IMG/VR virus record: IMGVR_UViG_3300019776_000324
Span: 62,001-126,000 of that record
Reading direction: 5' to 3' (one strand)
Length of the DNA stretch: 64,000 nucleotides
Shown here: in pieces, positions 19,778 through 28,989 of the stretch
How positions within the stretch are numbered: position 1 is the first letter of the stretch
Layout of the letters: each line of letters starts with the position of its first letter
Notes under the pieces: generated by a model
Database searches by the model: none
What the model was told of the DNA's origin: nothing
What the model saw: the letters and a program-made list of their open reading frames with translations, nothing else
Made by a program: the position numbers and the translations under genes

Positions 19778-20113
19778 TCAGAATGTATCAGGCCAATCAC
19801 GAAACAGTGCATGTTGTATGTCTCCAGCAACAAACTGATTAAATGATTTATGTTTCACTTCGAGTTCTCCTTCTAATGGAGCAACACGACGGAAAGCACT
19901 ATCCATCTGTGCCATGTCTTTGAATTCCATAAGTATCATCCATTCAGGCATGTCAGCGATACTACGAAAACCCATCTTGCAACGAGTAATTCTGTATGAT
20001 TCCATTTTGCCTTCGCTGATCAAATGATCAAAGAAACTGCGCATGCCATTGGTCCATTCCAGATCAGAAATGTCGCCTTCTTTGTTTGCCCAGATTGTGT
20101 ATAAGTCTGCCAT
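19778..20113 (-). CDS. DUF6614-like protein
   Basis: MADLYTIWAN..SDLEW..FFDHL..GKMESYRITRCKMGF..PEWMILMEF..MAQMDSAF..V..H pattern recalled for DUF6614. Confidence 0.6.
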   Translation of the reverse strand: MADLYTIWANKEGDISDLEWTNGMRSFFDHLISEGKMESYRITRCKMGFRSIADMPEWMILMEFKDMAQMDSAFRRVAPLEGELEVKHKSFNQFVAGDIQHALFRDWPDTF

Positions 20114-20114
20114 G

Positions 20115-20546
20115 TTATATAGGTCCTAAGAGTTCAAAGCCCGTGATGCCTTGTTTGTATAAGTGTGCTTGATCTAAGTACAAATACTTAAATCCTCTTT
20201 CACGGTAGATAGCACATTCGGTTTTTAAACTTTCTATGCCCAGTCTCAGCTTGGGCTTTTTATAGTTCCAAGCAAACTGAGCACACAAAGCATTCTCATT
20301 GTCGTATCGTTTAATAAGACTAAACGCTACAAGTAAATCATTGTCGTAATAGCCAATTACATCAGTGTCAGGGTCTGTGTACTGACTGTCAAAGATTGGC
20401 ATAACACTGGCAAAGTGTTTGTAGATACAGTAGGTTCTGTAGATATCATTGAGTACAGCAATATCTGGATCTTTGATGTACGCCCAAGCTACACTGACTT
20501 GATCAGTATTCTTGGCAAGATCTATTCTGGCAAATTGATAAGTCAT
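20115..20546 (-). CDS. Aminoacyl-tRNA:protein transferase C-terminal-like (ATE_C/Bpt) GNAT-fold protein
   Basis: YYDNDLLVAFS..FAWNY..PKLRLG..SL..E....RERGFKYLYL....YK....FELL parallels the Bpt/ATE1 C-terminus (LVAV..YDPD..SLG..IE.AR..G..Y.YLG..YK..F...E.L). Confidence 0.65.
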   Translation of the reverse strand: MTYQFARIDLAKNTDQVSVAWAYIKDPDIAVLNDIYRTYCIYKHFASVMPIFDSQYTDPDTDVIGYYDNDLLVAFSLIKRYDNENALCAQFAWNYKKPKLRLGIESLKTECAIYRERGFKYLYLDQAHLYKQGITGFELLGPI

Positions 20547-21049
20547 TTGCGTGGATCCTGTCTGTGCTGAAATAGTGCCTCAAGATACTCTTCTGGCCAT
20601 GTATCGTAAAAGCCTTTGTCTGCCATGATCTTGGCCTTGGCATTCAAGTCACTAAGACTTTGTACCAGAGCCAATGCATAAGTGCCTTGATTCATTGAAA
20701 CACCGTTGACAATCTCAGGATCGCCGGGATGATCTTCTAAGGCTAATATATCATTGCGTAGTAACCACGATCCATTGGCTAACTTTAGTTTGTAGCTGAA
20801 TTCGTTATAATCAAACTCTTTAGGGTCGTAGGCTAAAACAACAACGCTTTTGCCACCCAGTCCGTGAACAGCAATATCTACCAAGTCGTAATATGGATCT
20901 CGGCCAATGCGAACTTCAAAATCTTTTTCTAGTCTAGCCTTGCGAGCATACGGACAAGGAGGCCAGCCACCTAGGGCAGGATTCTTGACTTCTACAAAGT
21001 CTACAATCCATTTTTCTATATCAGTTTGTACAGTTGCTAGGTCTAACAT
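20543..21049 (-). CDS. DUF1415-like protein
   Basis: W..DFV...N.....PCPYARKA and DHP motifs as recalled for DUF1415. Confidence 0.55.
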   Translation of the reverse strand: MLDLATVQTDIEKWIVDFVEVKNPALGGWPPCPYARKARLEKDFEVRIGRDPYYDLVDIAVHGLGGKSVVVLAYDPKEFDYNEFSYKLKLANGSWLLRNDILALEDHPGDPEIVNGVSMNQGTYALALVQSLSDLNAKAKIMADKGFYDTWPEEYLEALFQHRQDPRK

Positions 21050-21225
21050 TAGAAGAAGGGTAATCCGGTTTTCTTGGTTGTTTCTAAATTTTCTTTGATT
21101 AGTTCACTGATACCAGTGCGTTCGCTGACACTGAGTTGTAGTGCTTGGTCGTAGCTAACACCACCTCTCATGTACCACGCAATTTTAATAGCCTCTTGCC
21201 TTATACTAACAGTTTCCTCGTCCAT
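21049..21225 (-). CDS. gp51: Baseplate hub assembly / tail chaperone (gp51-like); probably also made as the -1 frameshift extension of gp26
   Basis: WYMRGGVSYDQALQLSVSER..I.ELI motif; the frame stays open upstream through the slippery site at 21285-21279. Confidence 0.75.
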   Translation of the reverse strand: MDEETVSIRQEAIKIAWYMRGGVSYDQALQLSVSERTGISELIKENLETTKKTGLPFF

Positions 21226-21263
21226 CTTGTCAACTATGTTAGCAATCTGGTCAGAGTCCAAGA

Positions 21264-22097
21264 CTAAGAGGCGGGTCCGAAAAAACTGGACATGTCCAAG
21301 GTAATGATCTGCTCGTATTCGTGCTGGCAAGCAGGACACTGAATCTTAAGCGGTTGCATTTCACTTTGTTCACGCAGTTTGATAACATGATCTCTAATTT
21401 GGTCAAACAGTTTGCGGTCGCAATTTTTTAAGAAGTCGTTAATATATTCAAATTCACTAACCAACGCCTGCGGAGTTTTGATAGCACTAATGCTTAATGC
21501 TAAGGATTGTACAGTAATATCGGTTAATTTTTTAAATGCCGCAGTTAACGCAGTCATTTTGTCAGCTTCGGAAACTGTAGCATCAGGAATAACTTGTAAC
21601 AGTTTTTGTTGCTCAAACTGTAGCTGATTGTTATCGTTCAAGTGTTTGTAGTTCAGTGGACGGAAATAAATTTCTAAATCACCATGACGAACACTGGCGC
21701 TATAATCAGCACCTCTTAGGGTGTCTAGCACTGATCTAAGATCTAACTTGCGCTCACTGGTATCGCTACATTTTGGACAATTACTCATAAACTCCATGTC
21801 ATGCCCGTAACTAGCAATTCTAATAGCTATTAAAATAGTATCTAAATCGATACTAGGAACTACCCAAGCATCTCTGATTGCAGGAACACAGCTTTGGATT
21901 ACATTAACTGTGGCTTGCCCATTAAACAGTGCGTCTGGAGTTCTATAAGTAATCTCATCAATTGCAGTCATTGGGTAAACTGGAAGTTCGCCGTTTGCAG
22001 GCATAGCTAATGTACCGTTAGGGTAATTTTGGCCCTGACTGGGTAATTTGATGTAGATGCTGGGTTGTCTAAAGTACTGACTTAAAGGATTGGTCAT
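21264..22097 (-). CDS. gp26: Baseplate hub assembly chaperone (gp26-like)
   Basis: NPL..YFRQP.IYIKLPS.G, PMTAIDEI, IAIRIASYG, CPKC and CPAC Zn motifs, C-terminal SSFF. Confidence 0.85.
   Translation of the reverse strand: MTNPLSQYFRQPSIYIKLPSQGQNYPNGTLAMPANGELPVYPMTAIDEITYRTPDALFNGQATVNVIQSCVPAIRDAWVVPSIDLDTILIAIRIASYGHDMEFMSNCPKCSDTSERKLDLRSVLDTLRGADYSASVRHGDLEIYFRPLNYKHLNDNNQLQFEQQKLLQVIPDATVSEADKMTALTAAFKKLTDITVQSLALSISAIKTPQALVSEFEYINDFLKNCDRKLFDQIRDHVIKLREQSEMQPLKIQCPACQHEYEQIITLDMSSFFGPAS
21279..21285 (-). other. -1 ribosomal frameshift slippery heptamer U UUU UUC
   Basis: Minus strand AGT TTT TTC GGA CCC GCC TCT TAG, in phase with gp26; the -1 frame reads FFRTRLLVLDSDQ... into the gp51-like ORF. 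Confidence 0.7.
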
Positions 22098-22107
22098 TTT
22101 TTCACCA

Positions 22108-22127
22108 TAAATATTGTTTACTACTTA
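22108..22127. promoter_or_regulatory. Face-to-face late promoters for the tape-measure-like gene (+) and the gp26 operon (-)
   Basis: TAAATA on + at 22108-22113; TAAGTA on - at 22127-22122; enclosed by a CCATAA/TTATGG inverted repeat. Confidence 0.55.
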
Positions 22128-22139
22128 TGGCGCATATAC

Positions 22140-24197
22140 ATGGATGAAAATGATTTAAAAGCTGTTTCGGAGGCAATGAACGAACTCAGAGAATCTGGGA
22201 CTCTCAGCGCCGATACTCTGAACAAATTAAGCGATTCGACAAAAAAATCATCTGAAGCACAGAAAAAATTTGCAAACGATCTAGCCCAATATGGTCGCCA
22301 AGTGTCGGGTGCCCTGTCTGGTCTAGCATCTGGTGGTGGATCATTTAAAAGTTTAGCTGGTGCCATTGATGTTACTGCTACTGCAATTTCTAAAGTAGCT
22401 GGTCAATTTGGAATAGTTGGCAAAATTCTTGGAGGTCTTGCTACCGGTCTTGGGGAAGCTGCTAAAGTTGCATTAAACACATTAGACGATGTTTCTAAGA
22501 ACTATGAAGCATTAGGTGATGCTAGTGCCGGAGCAGCAGACGGCATTGATGGATTGTACCGACAATTTAACCAGCTGGGCAATTACAGCTTACCTGCATT
22601 TACTAAAGCAGTTAAAGGAAATACACTAGGCCTGGCCGCACTTCAAGGAACAGCTGCACAAGGTGCAGAGGAATTAAGTAAAGTTTCTGGAGTTCTAACA
22701 ACAGGAAACATGGCTGGCAGATTCCTTAAGTTAGGAATAAGTTTAGATTCAGTCGGCGACGCTACAACTGAATACTTGGCAACTAGCGCACGATACGGAA
22801 TACTTCAAGGTGCAACCACAGAGGAATTAACTAAAAAAACTCAAAACTATATTGAAGAAGTAGATAAGATTGCTCGATTAACCGGCCAAACTCGTGAAGC
22901 ACAGGCCAAAGAAGCTCAAAAAAGTTTAGTTGATGCTCGTTTCCGTGCCAAGCTGGCAGACATGCAATCCAGTGGCCAAGGAGCAGCAGCCGAGGAATTA
23001 AGAAAATATGTTGAAGGCCTAGGTGGTGCCGCTGGAGACGCGGCTCGTGCATTGGTTACAGGCATTCCGTTAACTAAAGAAGCCGCGGCAGCTAACTTGT
23101 TTGCTAACGATGCTATTAGACAAAATACATTAGCTGTACAAGAAGGTAGAAAAGCAACAGAAGCAATTGTAAACACTCAGGATGCGTTAAGAGATGGTAC
23201 TGTTAGATTTGGTAAACAAATCATGTATGCTGGAGACCAGTTTGGTGGTATAGCTGTACAAGCATACGATACCAGAGCTATTCTTGAGTCTGAAGGAAAG
23301 ACTCGCGAAGAACGATTATCTGATGTAGAGCAAGCGCAAAATAAACAAGCAACGGCATCAGGAAAGTTAACAGAAAATATTACAGACGCTCAATTAGCTG
23401 CTGCTAACACCAGTAAAAATTTACAAAGTCTGTCATTTAGTTTTGCATCACTAGCAAGTGGCCCAATAAAATCATTTGCAGAGCAGTTAGAAAAAGCCAC
23501 CGGTGTTATAAACAAGATTGCTGGAGTAGGCGGTACTGCAACAACCCCGTCAGGAGTAAATCGTGGCCTGCCTGGTGGCGCTGCAATAAGTGGTAATAAA
23601 TCAGTTACCATTGGCGATCAAGTACGAAGCGGCGGTGACAGAAACTGGCGTAACAACAATCCTGGAAACATTGAATACGGACCATTTGCACAGAGTATGG
23701 GTGCCATTGGTAGCGATGGCAGATTTGCTATATTCCCTACTGAAGAAATGGGTCGCAAGGCCGCTGACACTTTACTAAAAGGCAAAGCCTACGCTAACTT
23801 ATCAGCAGCTCAAGCAATTAATAAATGGGCTCCATCTAACGAAAACGATCCAAAGGCCTACGCAGCAAGCATAGCCAAACAAACCGGCTTAGACATGAGC
23901 AAGCGTTATAGTGATATGTCGCCTGCAGAACAATCTAAATTCTTAGATGCAATGAACAAAGTTGAAGGCGGCCGTGCTGGTACAATTAGTGGACCAAATG
24001 GCGGATACAAGTCAGCTGACATTCCAACTGCATCATCAGCTGGAGCCGAAACAACAGCAAAGAGTAACTCAGCTGCACCTGCACAACAGGCCAGCGACGA
24101 GTTCAAAACTCAAACTCAATTGTTAAAAGAACAAAACGATCTGCTACGACAAAACAATGCGCAGAACGCTAAATTAATACAGCAAGGCAAGGCGTAA
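22140..24197 (+). CDS. Tape-measure / baseplate hub (gp29-like) protein with C-terminal lysozyme-like domain
   Basis: Ala/Gly/Leu/Gln-rich helical 685 aa; RNNNPGNI..F.T.E.G..A..I.KWAP..END..Y motif of virion muralytic domains; next to gp26/gp51. Confidence 0.7.
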   Translation: MDENDLKAVSEAMNELRESGTLSADTLNKLSDSTKKSSEAQKKFANDLAQYGRQVSGALSGLASGGGSFKSLAGAIDVTATAISKVAGQFGIVGKILGGLATGLGEAAKVALNTLDDVSKNYEALGDASAGAADGIDGLYRQFNQLGNYSLPAFTKAVKGNTLGLAALQGTAAQGAEELSKVSGVLTTGNMAGRFLKLGISLDSVGDATTEYLATSARYGILQGATTEELTKKTQNYIEEVDKIARLTGQTREAQAKEAQKSLVDARFRAKLADMQSSGQGAAAEELRKYVEGLGGAAGDAARALVTGIPLTKEAAAANLFANDAIRQNTLAVQEGRKATEAIVNTQDALRDGTVRFGKQIMYAGDQFGGIAVQAYDTRAILESEGKTREERLSDVEQAQNKQATASGKLTENITDAQLAAANTSKNLQSLSFSFASLASGPIKSFAEQLEKATGVINKIAGVGGTATTPSGVNRGLPGGAAISGNKSVTIGDQVRSGGDRNWRNNNPGNIEYGPFAQSMGAIGSDGRFAIFPTEEMGRKAADTLLKGKAYANLSAAQAINKWAPSNENDPKAYAASIAKQTGLDMSKRYSDMSPAEQSKFLDAMNKVEGGRAGTISGPNGGYKSADIPTASSAGAETTAKSNSAAPAQQASDEFKTQTQLLKEQNDLLRQNNAQNAKLIQQGKA

Positions 24198-24211
24198 CTA
24201 AATATACAACC

Positions 24212-26041
24212 ATGGCAGATAACGATAATAACCGTAAACGCGGTTGGAAAAAGTATTTTAAAGTCGCTAATACAGGCGGACAACTAAGTCCAATTAGTGG
24301 ACAAAATCAATTTGGCTTACCAAATTACGATCGCCAACAAGGCGGTGATTTTACAGGTGGCACGCCAAACGACTTTGCGTTCCGTAACTATGCTAGCCGT
24401 TTGCCAGAAGTTTATAGCGGACATCCTAATCGTATTGAGCGTTACAACCAATATGAAAACATGGACTGCGACTCAGAAGTTAATGCTTGCTTGGATATTA
24501 TCAGCGAGTTTAGTACACAAATCAACGATGATAATCTAACACCGTTTGATATTAACTTTACTGACAAACCCACAGACCACGAAACTGAAATTATCAAAAA
24601 GCAGTTACAGCAGTGGACCAAACTAAACAAATTAGATCAGCGTATTTTTAAATTATTCCGCAATGTAATCAAGTACGGCGATCAAGTATTCCTGCGTGAT
24701 CCAGAAACATTTGAAATGTACTGGGTTGACATGGTCAAAGTTGCCCGTGTTATTGTTAACGAATCAGAAGGCAAACGCCCTGAGCAATACATTATCCGCG
24801 ACATCAATCCTAACTTCCAAAACATGAGTGTGGCTAGTAAAACTACCCAGGACTATTATGTAAGCCGTGCTACTGGAAGCGTTGGACAGAACAACTACAC
24901 AGCACCTAACGGTGGTGGCTATGGTGGTGCAGGTGGCGGAACAGGCAACAGCCGTTTCACACAGGCCATGAACGAAAGCTGTATTGATGCTCGTCATATT
25001 GTGCATTTGACACTAAACGAAGGCTTGGATTACTTCTGGCCATTTGGACAAAGTATTCTAGAAAACATTTTCAAAGTTTACAAACAAAAAGAATTGTTAG
25101 AAGATTCTGTATTGATCTATCGTGTACAACGAGCTCCAGAGCGTCGTGTGTTTAAGATTGATGTGGGCAACATGCCAAGTCATATGGCCATGCAGTTTGT
25201 TGAGCGTGTCAAAAACGAAATGCACCAACGCCGTATTCCTACTACCACAGGCGGCGGTGCCAACATGATGGATAGCAGTTATAATCCATTAAGTATTAAC
25301 GAAGATTACTTCTTTCCACAAACAGCTGAAGGCCGCGGTAGTAGCGTTGATGTGCTTAGAGGCGGTGAAAACCTAGGCGAAATTGACGATTTAAAATACT
25401 TTAATAACAAAATGGCCCGCGGTTTGCGTGTGCCAAGTAGTTACTTGCCAACAGGTCCAGACGATAGCAACCTAGCTATGAACGACGGACGAGTAGGCAC
25501 AGCATTGATCCAAGAATACCGTTTTAACCAGTACTGCGAACGCTTACAAGCGTTGATTATGCAGAAGCTAGACGATGAATTTAAGATGTTTATGCGTTGG
25601 AGAGGCTTTAATATTGACTCAGGATTGTTCAATATTAGCTTGTGTGCTCCGCAAAACTTTGCCAGCTATCGTCAAGCAGAAATGGACAAAGACCGCATTG
25701 GGTCATACATGCAATTAGAACAGTTGCCTTATATGAGTAAGCGATTCATGATGAAGCGTTACTTGGGCTTAACTGAAGAAGAGATCCTTGAGAACGAAGT
25801 TGCCTGGCGTGAAGAGCGTGAGGAACCAGAACTTGAAACTACACAAGGACAAGATTTGCGTTCAATCGGTATTACACCTGCTGGTCTTGACAGCGATATT
25901 CAAACTGGAGAAGAGCTTGCATCTGCTGAAATTATGGGAGATCAAGCAGGCATTCCTCCAATTCCTAGCGTAGCAGCTCAAGGTGCTCCGCAAGGCCAAG
26001 GCGCTCCTAGTGCAGGTGCTCCTGGTGTGCCAGGTGTATAA
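24212..26041 (+). CDS. gp20: Portal vertex protein
   Basis: LLEDSVLIYRVQRAPERRVFKIDVGNMP, EDYFFP..EGRGS.V..L.GG.NLGEIDDLKYF..K..RGLRVP.S. Confidence 0.97.
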   Translation: MADNDNNRKRGWKKYFKVANTGGQLSPISGQNQFGLPNYDRQQGGDFTGGTPNDFAFRNYASRLPEVYSGHPNRIERYNQYENMDCDSEVNACLDIISEFSTQINDDNLTPFDINFTDKPTDHETEIIKKQLQQWTKLNKLDQRIFKLFRNVIKYGDQVFLRDPETFEMYWVDMVKVARVIVNESEGKRPEQYIIRDINPNFQNMSVASKTTQDYYVSRATGSVGQNNYTAPNGGGYGGAGGGTGNSRFTQAMNESCIDARHIVHLTLNEGLDYFWPFGQSILENIFKVYKQKELLEDSVLIYRVQRAPERRVFKIDVGNMPSHMAMQFVERVKNEMHQRRIPTTTGGGANMMDSSYNPLSINEDYFFPQTAEGRGSSVDVLRGGENLGEIDDLKYFNNKMARGLRVPSSYLPTGPDDSNLAMNDGRVGTALIQEYRFNQYCERLQALIMQKLDDEFKMFMRWRGFNIDSGLFNISLCAPQNFASYRQAEMDKDRIGSYMQLEQLPYMSKRFMMKRYLGLTEEEILENEVAWREEREEPELETTQGQDLRSIGITPAGLDSDIQTGEELASAEIMGDQAGIPPIPSVAAQGAPQGQGAPSAGAPGVPGV

Positions 26042-26049
26042 ATACTAGT

Positions 26050-26271
26050 ATGATCCTCAGCGAAATCTATAATCGTAGCCCTGAAGCTTATCAAGATGTA
26101 AGTCAAGATAACAGTCAGCCTACGCTTAATGACACAAGAAAAACTCGTTTAACTCTGCGTCAATTAAACAAATTGCGCCAGATGAACGATGTTCGTACCT
26201 ACGAATATAAAGAAAAACTTAAACTAGTTAAAAAGCAATACGCACCTCCTCCTGCTGCTCCAGCAATGTAA
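26050..26271 (+). CDS. Small head-module protein
   Basis: 73 aa between portal and prohead core; DTRKTRLTLRQLNKLR..QY; TAAATA 5 nt upstream. Confidence 0.7.
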   Translation: MILSEIYNRSPEAYQDVSQDNSQPTLNDTRKTRLTLRQLNKLRQMNDVRTYEYKEKLKLVKKQYAPPPAAPAM

Positions 26272-26385
26272 TATAGACCTTAGTCTATATTTTTCATTCA
26301 AAAACACCCAGTTTTCTGCCTCAAAAGTACCGAGTTTATAGATAATATGTAAATATATCTACGAGCCATACCTTAAGGAGAAATT

Positions 26386-27201
26386 ATGACATCGAAATTT
26401 GAACAGTTGATCGAATATGTGATCAATGATGAAGAAGCAAAAGCTCAAGAGCTTTTCCACGACATCGTGGTAGAAAAATCTCGTGAAATCTACGAGAATT
26501 TAATGAACGAAGAAGAAGCCGAAGAAGAGTTAGACGAAGCAGCCGAAGAAGAGTCTGAAGAAGAATTAGACGAAGACTTTGGTGGCGATGCTAGCGACGA
26601 CTTAATCGACGACGTTGAAGCTGAAGAACAAGGCATGCAAGAAGCTGAAGAAGCTGATGCAGAATTTGACGACGAAGCTGAAGAAGACGGTGAAGAATTA
26701 ACTCATGACATCGAAGCTGGTCACGACGAAGGCGATATCGAAGATCGCGTTGTTGACTTGGAAGACAAGTTAGACGAATTAATGGCCGAGTTTGAGTCAT
26801 TGATGGGTGCTGAACAAGCTGAACACGGTGACGAAGTTGCTGATATCGACGGCGGTGACGCTTTAGAAATGGACGACACAGATACCGAAGAGTTCATGCC
26901 AGAAATGATGGAAGAAGGCATTGAGTTAACTAAAGTTGCTGCTGTACAACACGGCGACAACGGTGCTAATGCAAAAAGCCCTGTAACATTTAACTCAGGC
27001 GCAACAGGCATGGCAGGCAGTCCAGTTAAAGCAACCGGTACAGAAGCTAAAGGCCGTCCAGCTCCAACAGCTGGTAATGTGTCTAGCGACAAGTTCCAAA
27101 ACACACCGGCAAGTGGAAGCAAGAAATTGTCTTCTGCACCAAAGCCAGTGACAGCCCAAGCAGCTGGTGTTAATACAAAAACACCATTTCCAAAAGGCTA
27201 A
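26386..27201 (+). CDS. Acidic prohead core protein
   Basis: Very D/E-rich; AAGGAG RBS; directly upstream of the prohead protease. Confidence 0.7.
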   Translation: MTSKFEQLIEYVINDEEAKAQELFHDIVVEKSREIYENLMNEEEAEEELDEAAEEESEEELDEDFGGDASDDLIDDVEAEEQGMQEAEEADAEFDDEAEEDGEELTHDIEAGHDEGDIEDRVVDLEDKLDELMAEFESLMGAEQAEHGDEVADIDGGDALEMDDTDTEEFMPEMMEEGIELTKVAAVQHGDNGANAKSPVTFNSGATGMAGSPVKATGTEAKGRPAPTAGNVSSDKFQNTPASGSKKLSSAPKPVTAQAAGVNTKTPFPKG

Positions 27202-27210
27202 TTTAGAGAT

Positions 27211-27861
27211 ATGGCTCGATATCTACAAGAACATCTAAGCTTCACTCAAGCACAGGCGCAAGTCTTGCTTGAGGAAGCCGCTGATGGCTCTGGTCAGAAA
27301 ACCATGAAGTTAAAAGGTATCTGCATCGAGGGCGGCGTTCGTAACGCCAATGAGCGAGTATATCCTGTTAGTGAAATTGCCAATGCAGTAGACACCATCA
27401 ATGAACAAATTAAAACTGGTCATTCAGTACTGGGCGAAGTTGATCACCCAGATGATTTAAAAATTAATTTGGATCGTGTAAGCCACATGATTGAAAAAAT
27501 GTGGATGGATGGCCCTGCTGGAATGGGCACATTAAAGATACTACCTACACCGATGGGCGAACTAGTGAAAACTATGTTGCAATCTGGTGTTAAATTAGGG
27601 GTTTCAAGTCGTGGATCAGGAAATGTCGACGATAGAACCGGACATGTCAGTGACTTTGAAATAGTTACTGTAGATGTGGTTGCTCAGCCAAGTGCTCCAA
27701 ATGCATATCCAACAGCAATTTATGAAGGTCTCTTAAATCATAGAGGCGGTCAAAAATTGTTAGATATGTTCAAAGACCCAGCGCAGAGCAGCAAAGCACA
27801 GAGATTTGTAAAAAGCGAAGTGATTCGTTTGATACAAGGTCTCAAGATTGAAGGGAAATAA
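27211..27861 (+). CDS. gp21: Prohead core protease
   Basis: NANERVYP, GEVDHP, INLDRVSH, GVSSRGSG, DVVAQPSAPNA. Confidence 0.96.
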   Translation: MARYLQEHLSFTQAQAQVLLEEAADGSGQKTMKLKGICIEGGVRNANERVYPVSEIANAVDTINEQIKTGHSVLGEVDHPDDLKINLDRVSHMIEKMWMDGPAGMGTLKILPTPMGELVKTMLQSGVKLGVSSRGSGNVDDRTGHVSDFEIVTVDVVAQPSAPNAYPTAIYEGLLNHRGGQKLLDMFKDPAQSSKAQRFVKSEVIRLIQGLKIEGK

Positions 27862-27862
27862 T

Positions 27863-28963
27863 ATGCTAGATGCTATTAAACCGTTACTAGATAGCGAACT
27901 TATTAACGAAGAAGCTCAACAGCAGATCTCCGAAGCATGGGAATCAAAGTTGAACGAAGCTCGTGAACAAGTCCGTGCAGAACTCCGCGAAGAGTTTGCA
28001 CAACGCTATGAGCATGATAAACAAGTGATGGTGGAAGCCCTAGATCGTATGGTAACAGATGGTCTTACCGCAGAGATCCAAGCAGTTGCAGCTGAAAAAG
28101 CTCAATTAGCTGAAGATCGTGTTAAGTTCCAAGGCAAGATGAAAGAGTCAGCTACAAAGTTCAACAACTTTATGGTTACTAAACTTGCTGAAGAAATTGG
28201 CGAATTGCGTAAAGATCGCAAAATGCACAGTGAAGGTATTTCAAAGCTAGAAGGCTTTGTAGTACATGCACTTGCTCGTGAGATTCAAGAATTTGCACAA
28301 GACAAACAAGATGTTGTTGAAACTAAAGTTCGTTTGGTGCGTGAAGCTCGCGCTCAGTTAGAAACACTCAAAGCTAAGTTCGTAACAGAATCTGCTAAGA
28401 AATTGTCTAACTCTGTTAGCACACATCTAAAGGGTGAACTAGGCCAGTTGAAAGAAGACATTAAAGTTGCTCGTGAGAACAATTTTGGTCGTCGTATTTT
28501 TGAAGCGTATGCAAGTGAATTTGGTGCAACTCATTTAAATGAGAAGCAAGAAGTTCGTAAGTTGCATGATACAATCGCTGCCAAAGATGCTAAACTGTCT
28601 GAAGCCATCAAATTCGCCGAGAAAGCAAAAGTTCTCGTAGAATCCAAAGAACGCGAAATGCGTATCCTTAAAGAATCTAATCAGCGTGAAGCTGCGTTAG
28701 AGGAATTGCTTGCTCCTTTAAACAAGGAAAAAGCAGAAGTGATGCGTAATTTGCTCGAAAGCGTACAGACAGCTCGTTTGTCTAATGCTTTTGAAAAGTA
28801 TCTACCAGCAGTTTTGGAAGATCGTTCTGCAAAAGCCCCAAAGGTGATTGTAGAATCATTATCCGAAGCAACTGGCGATAAATCTGCCCGCAGTCCAGAT
28901 GCAGATCAAATTGCTGAAAACCAAAGCAATGTGATCGATCTAAAGCGTTTGGCAGGGCTGTAA
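27863..28963 (+). CDS. gp22: Prohead scaffolding protein
   Basis: Coiled coil between gp21 and gp23; ARENNFGRRIFEAY; ends KRLAGL. Confidence 0.88.
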   Translation: MLDAIKPLLDSELINEEAQQQISEAWESKLNEAREQVRAELREEFAQRYEHDKQVMVEALDRMVTDGLTAEIQAVAAEKAQLAEDRVKFQGKMKESATKFNNFMVTKLAEEIGELRKDRKMHSEGISKLEGFVVHALAREIQEFAQDKQDVVETKVRLVREARAQLETLKAKFVTESAKKLSNSVSTHLKGELGQLKEDIKVARENNFGRRIFEAYASEFGATHLNEKQEVRKLHDTIAAKDAKLSEAIKFAEKAKVLVESKEREMRILKESNQREAALEELLAPLNKEKAEVMRNLLESVQTARLSNAFEKYLPAVLEDRSAKAPKVIVESLSEATGDKSARSPDADQIAENQSNVIDLKRLAGL

Positions 28964-28989
28964 AAAGATATAATTAAAAGGAGACTTAA

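Noticed and set aside
21226-21339. Annotated 96-aa start (MSCLPAR...) for the gp51-like ORF
   Set aside because: TTG start deep inside gp26 without an RBS; a frameshift or the ATG at 21225 explains the ORF better
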